A stretch of 10,417 nt of DNA, taken from positions 1-10,417 of the forward strand of contig JBFEXS010000078.1 of the NCBI GenBank assembly GCA_041562555.1, read 5' to 3'. This DNA is from Sulfurimonadaceae bacterium (GTDB lineage: Bacteria > Campylobacterota > Campylobacteria > Campylobacterales > Sulfurimonadaceae). The notes under the pieces were generated by a model. That model was not told the origin of the DNA and did not search any database. It saw only the letters and a list, made by a program, of their open reading frames with translations. Of the stretch, positions 8,821-10,417 are shown one piece after another (position 1 is the first letter of the stretch; each line of letters begins with the position of its first letter). A program made the position numbers and the translations under genes.

Positions 8821-8838
8821 TAAGAATTATAATTCTTA
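8821..8838. repeat. Perfect 18-bp palindrome TAAGAATTATAATTCTTA
   Basis: Equals its own reverse complement, overlaps the ATPase stop codon, and has TATAAT on both strands. Confidence 0.8.
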
Positions 8839-10417
8839 ATTATTTATGAACCCGACTGACTTTTCTGAATCAAATGTCCCGGATTTTTCTTTTTCGATCT
8901 CTTTGATAAAGTCGTTTAATCCAAAAACAGGTTCTTCTCTTGTAGCAACTTGATATGCAGTGTTCTTAACAATAAGATTTATCTGTCCGCCCGTCAAAGC
9001 ATAATCCGCCAACACATTACTGTCAAAGCCCTCTTCATAAGGTGCGTTCTGTGGCAACATCTTTTCCCAAAGCAATCTTCGCTGTTCTACATTAGGTTTT
9101 TTGAACTCTATCTTATAGTTAAACCTTCTGGAAAAGGCCGGATCGATATTTTCCAATAGGTTTGTCGTTGCGACTAAAAGCCCCTGGAAGTTCTCAATCT
9201 GTTCTAAAAAGATATTCTGCATCTGATTATGCATCTGATCTGTTGATGAACCAACCCCCTGTGAACGTGCTCCAAGAAATTGATCCGCCTCGTTAAGCAA
9301 GAGGATAGGCTCCGTTTTTGTCTTTTGCGTGAGCTCATAATAGGTATCAAAAATCTTACGAACATTCTTTTCACTCTCACCTACATACATGGAGAGTATC
9401 TTTGAACAGTCAAATGCCAGCACCTGGCGCTTCAAAGATTTCGCTAGAGAATACGCTGTCATGGTCTTACCTGTACCGGGATGGCCATAAAACATGACCC
9501 GTGCATCTATCCCTCTGCGCTTGTCACGTAACCCCCACTCTTGCAAGCGCGCTACGACCTCTTTGTCCACTTGACGCATCAATGCATTAAGCGTTTCGGA
9601 TGTTTTTGGATTTAGTACGACGTCATCCAGTGATGTGTCCGGTTCGATCAGCTCAAAGATGTCCTGCTCTTTGATTAACATATCTAATTTTAGTTTGCGT
9701 ACTTTCTTTTTCTTTTGCGGATGAATGATCTCCTGTAGAACTTCATCCACAATATAAAAAGCCCGACTGATCCCCCCAAAAGGATTCAGCATCTCCTCAT
9801 AATCGATAAACTCTTCTTCGATAAGCTTTGATCCATCCTCAAGCAAGGATCTATTCTTGATACGTTCATATTCATCTAATGAGATGAGATCAATCAGATT
9901 GTTCATCTCACGTAAATTATTGTCCCCTGCTGAATACTCCTCTTTTAATAAGGCTAAAAATATGATCTGTTCCTTATCGTCAAGTTTCTTTTGTTTAAAG
10001 AACCTCTCCAATGATACTTCTTGCTTCGTAACAGCCAACCTGTCTTCAATACGCTTCTCAAGCAGCTCGAGTTTGTTTTTAACACGACTGATACCTAAGG
10101 CATTCTCATTTACATTGTGACGGATCGAACTCATTTTCTGATAAGACTCGATACGGAAGAACTGATCCTGTAGATATTCCAAATGATCTTCATAGGGCTT
10201 GATTTCCGGAAGATCTAGTTCGGCATTCCCTTCTTCAAGAAGTTTCAGGAATGAGGGTGTTAATGAGACTGCTGAATTCAATAACTCAAGATGTGACATA
10301 TCAGAAATCTTTAATGGCTGGAAAGATTGTTGTACCAACCATCCGGATTCTAAAGCAGACTTGACCGTTGGTAGATAATCAAGATAAATATAGTTCTTAT
10401 CACCAAAAATTTCTTGT
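8836..10417 (-). CDS. AAA+ family ATPase (classical AAA clade), 5' end beyond window
   Basis: Walker A GHPGTGKT, pore loop SMYVGESEKN, Walker B ILLLNE, SRH TTN...DPAFSRRF. The frame stays open upstream of the track's TTG start at 10338 (QEIFGDKNYIYLDYLPTVKSALESGWLVQQ) to the window edge. Confidence 0.92.
   Translation of the reverse strand, partial: QEIFGDKNYIYLDYLPTVKSALESGWLVQQSFQPLKISDMSHLELLNSAVSLTPSFLKLLEEGNAELDLPEIKPYEDHLEYLQDQFFRIESYQKMSSIRHNVNENALGISRVKNKLELLEKRIEDRLAVTKQEVSLERFFKQKKLDDKEQIIFLALLKEEYSAGDNNLREMNNLIDLISLDEYERIKNRSLLEDGSKLIEEEFIDYEEMLNPFGGISRAFYIVDEVLQEIIHPQKKKKVRKLKLDMLIKEQDIFELIEPDTSLDDVVLNPKTSETLNALMRQVDKEVVARLQEWGLRDKRRGIDARVMFYGHPGTGKTMTAYSLAKSLKRQVLAFDCSKILSMYVGESEKNVRKIFDTYYELTQKTKTEPILLLNEADQFLGARSQGVGSSTDQMHNQMQNIFLEQIENFQGLLVATTNLLENIDPAFSRRFNYKIEFKKPNVEQRRLLWEKMLPQNAPYEEGFDSNVLADYALTGGQINLIVKNTAYQVATREEPVFGLNDFIKEIEKEKSGTFDSEKSVGFINN

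Noticed and set aside
10336..10338. TTG start for the ATPase given in the ORF track
   Set aside because: The frame is open to the window edge, so the true start is probably outside the window.
1..10417. Mobile elements, CRISPR arrays, tRNA/rRNA genes
   Set aside because: No transposase/integrase ORFs, repeat-spacer arrays or RNA-gene signatures seen; the only sizeable intergenic gap is 8627-8835.

Overview
All genes lie on the minus strand. The window holds the 5' part of a Campylobacterota-type (Sulfurovum/Sulfurimonas-like, by inference) respiratory complex I operon: nuoA-nuoB-nuoC-nuoD-[74-aa NuoX/'chain E']-[490-aa NuoG paralog]-nuoG-nuoH-nuoI (nuoI runs off the left edge). Upstream is a co-oriented, 5'-truncated AAA+ ATPase gene. 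Canonical NADH/FMN-binding nuoE/nuoF are absent. The most notable feature is the gene in the nuoF position. It is an intact, translationally coupled duplicate of the C-terminal two-thirds of the adjacent NuoG, beginning at the last Cys of the N7 motif and lacking every complete Fe-S motif. Its similarity to NuoG is mosaic. Other points: NuoG has an extra ferredoxin-type cluster motif and a charged putative beta-hairpin insertion; NuoH has unusual substitutions in its acidic loop; the ATPase has an NE Walker B; and the ATPase-nuoA spacer has a perfect 18-bp palindrome, a terminator-like hairpin and a leader hairpin.
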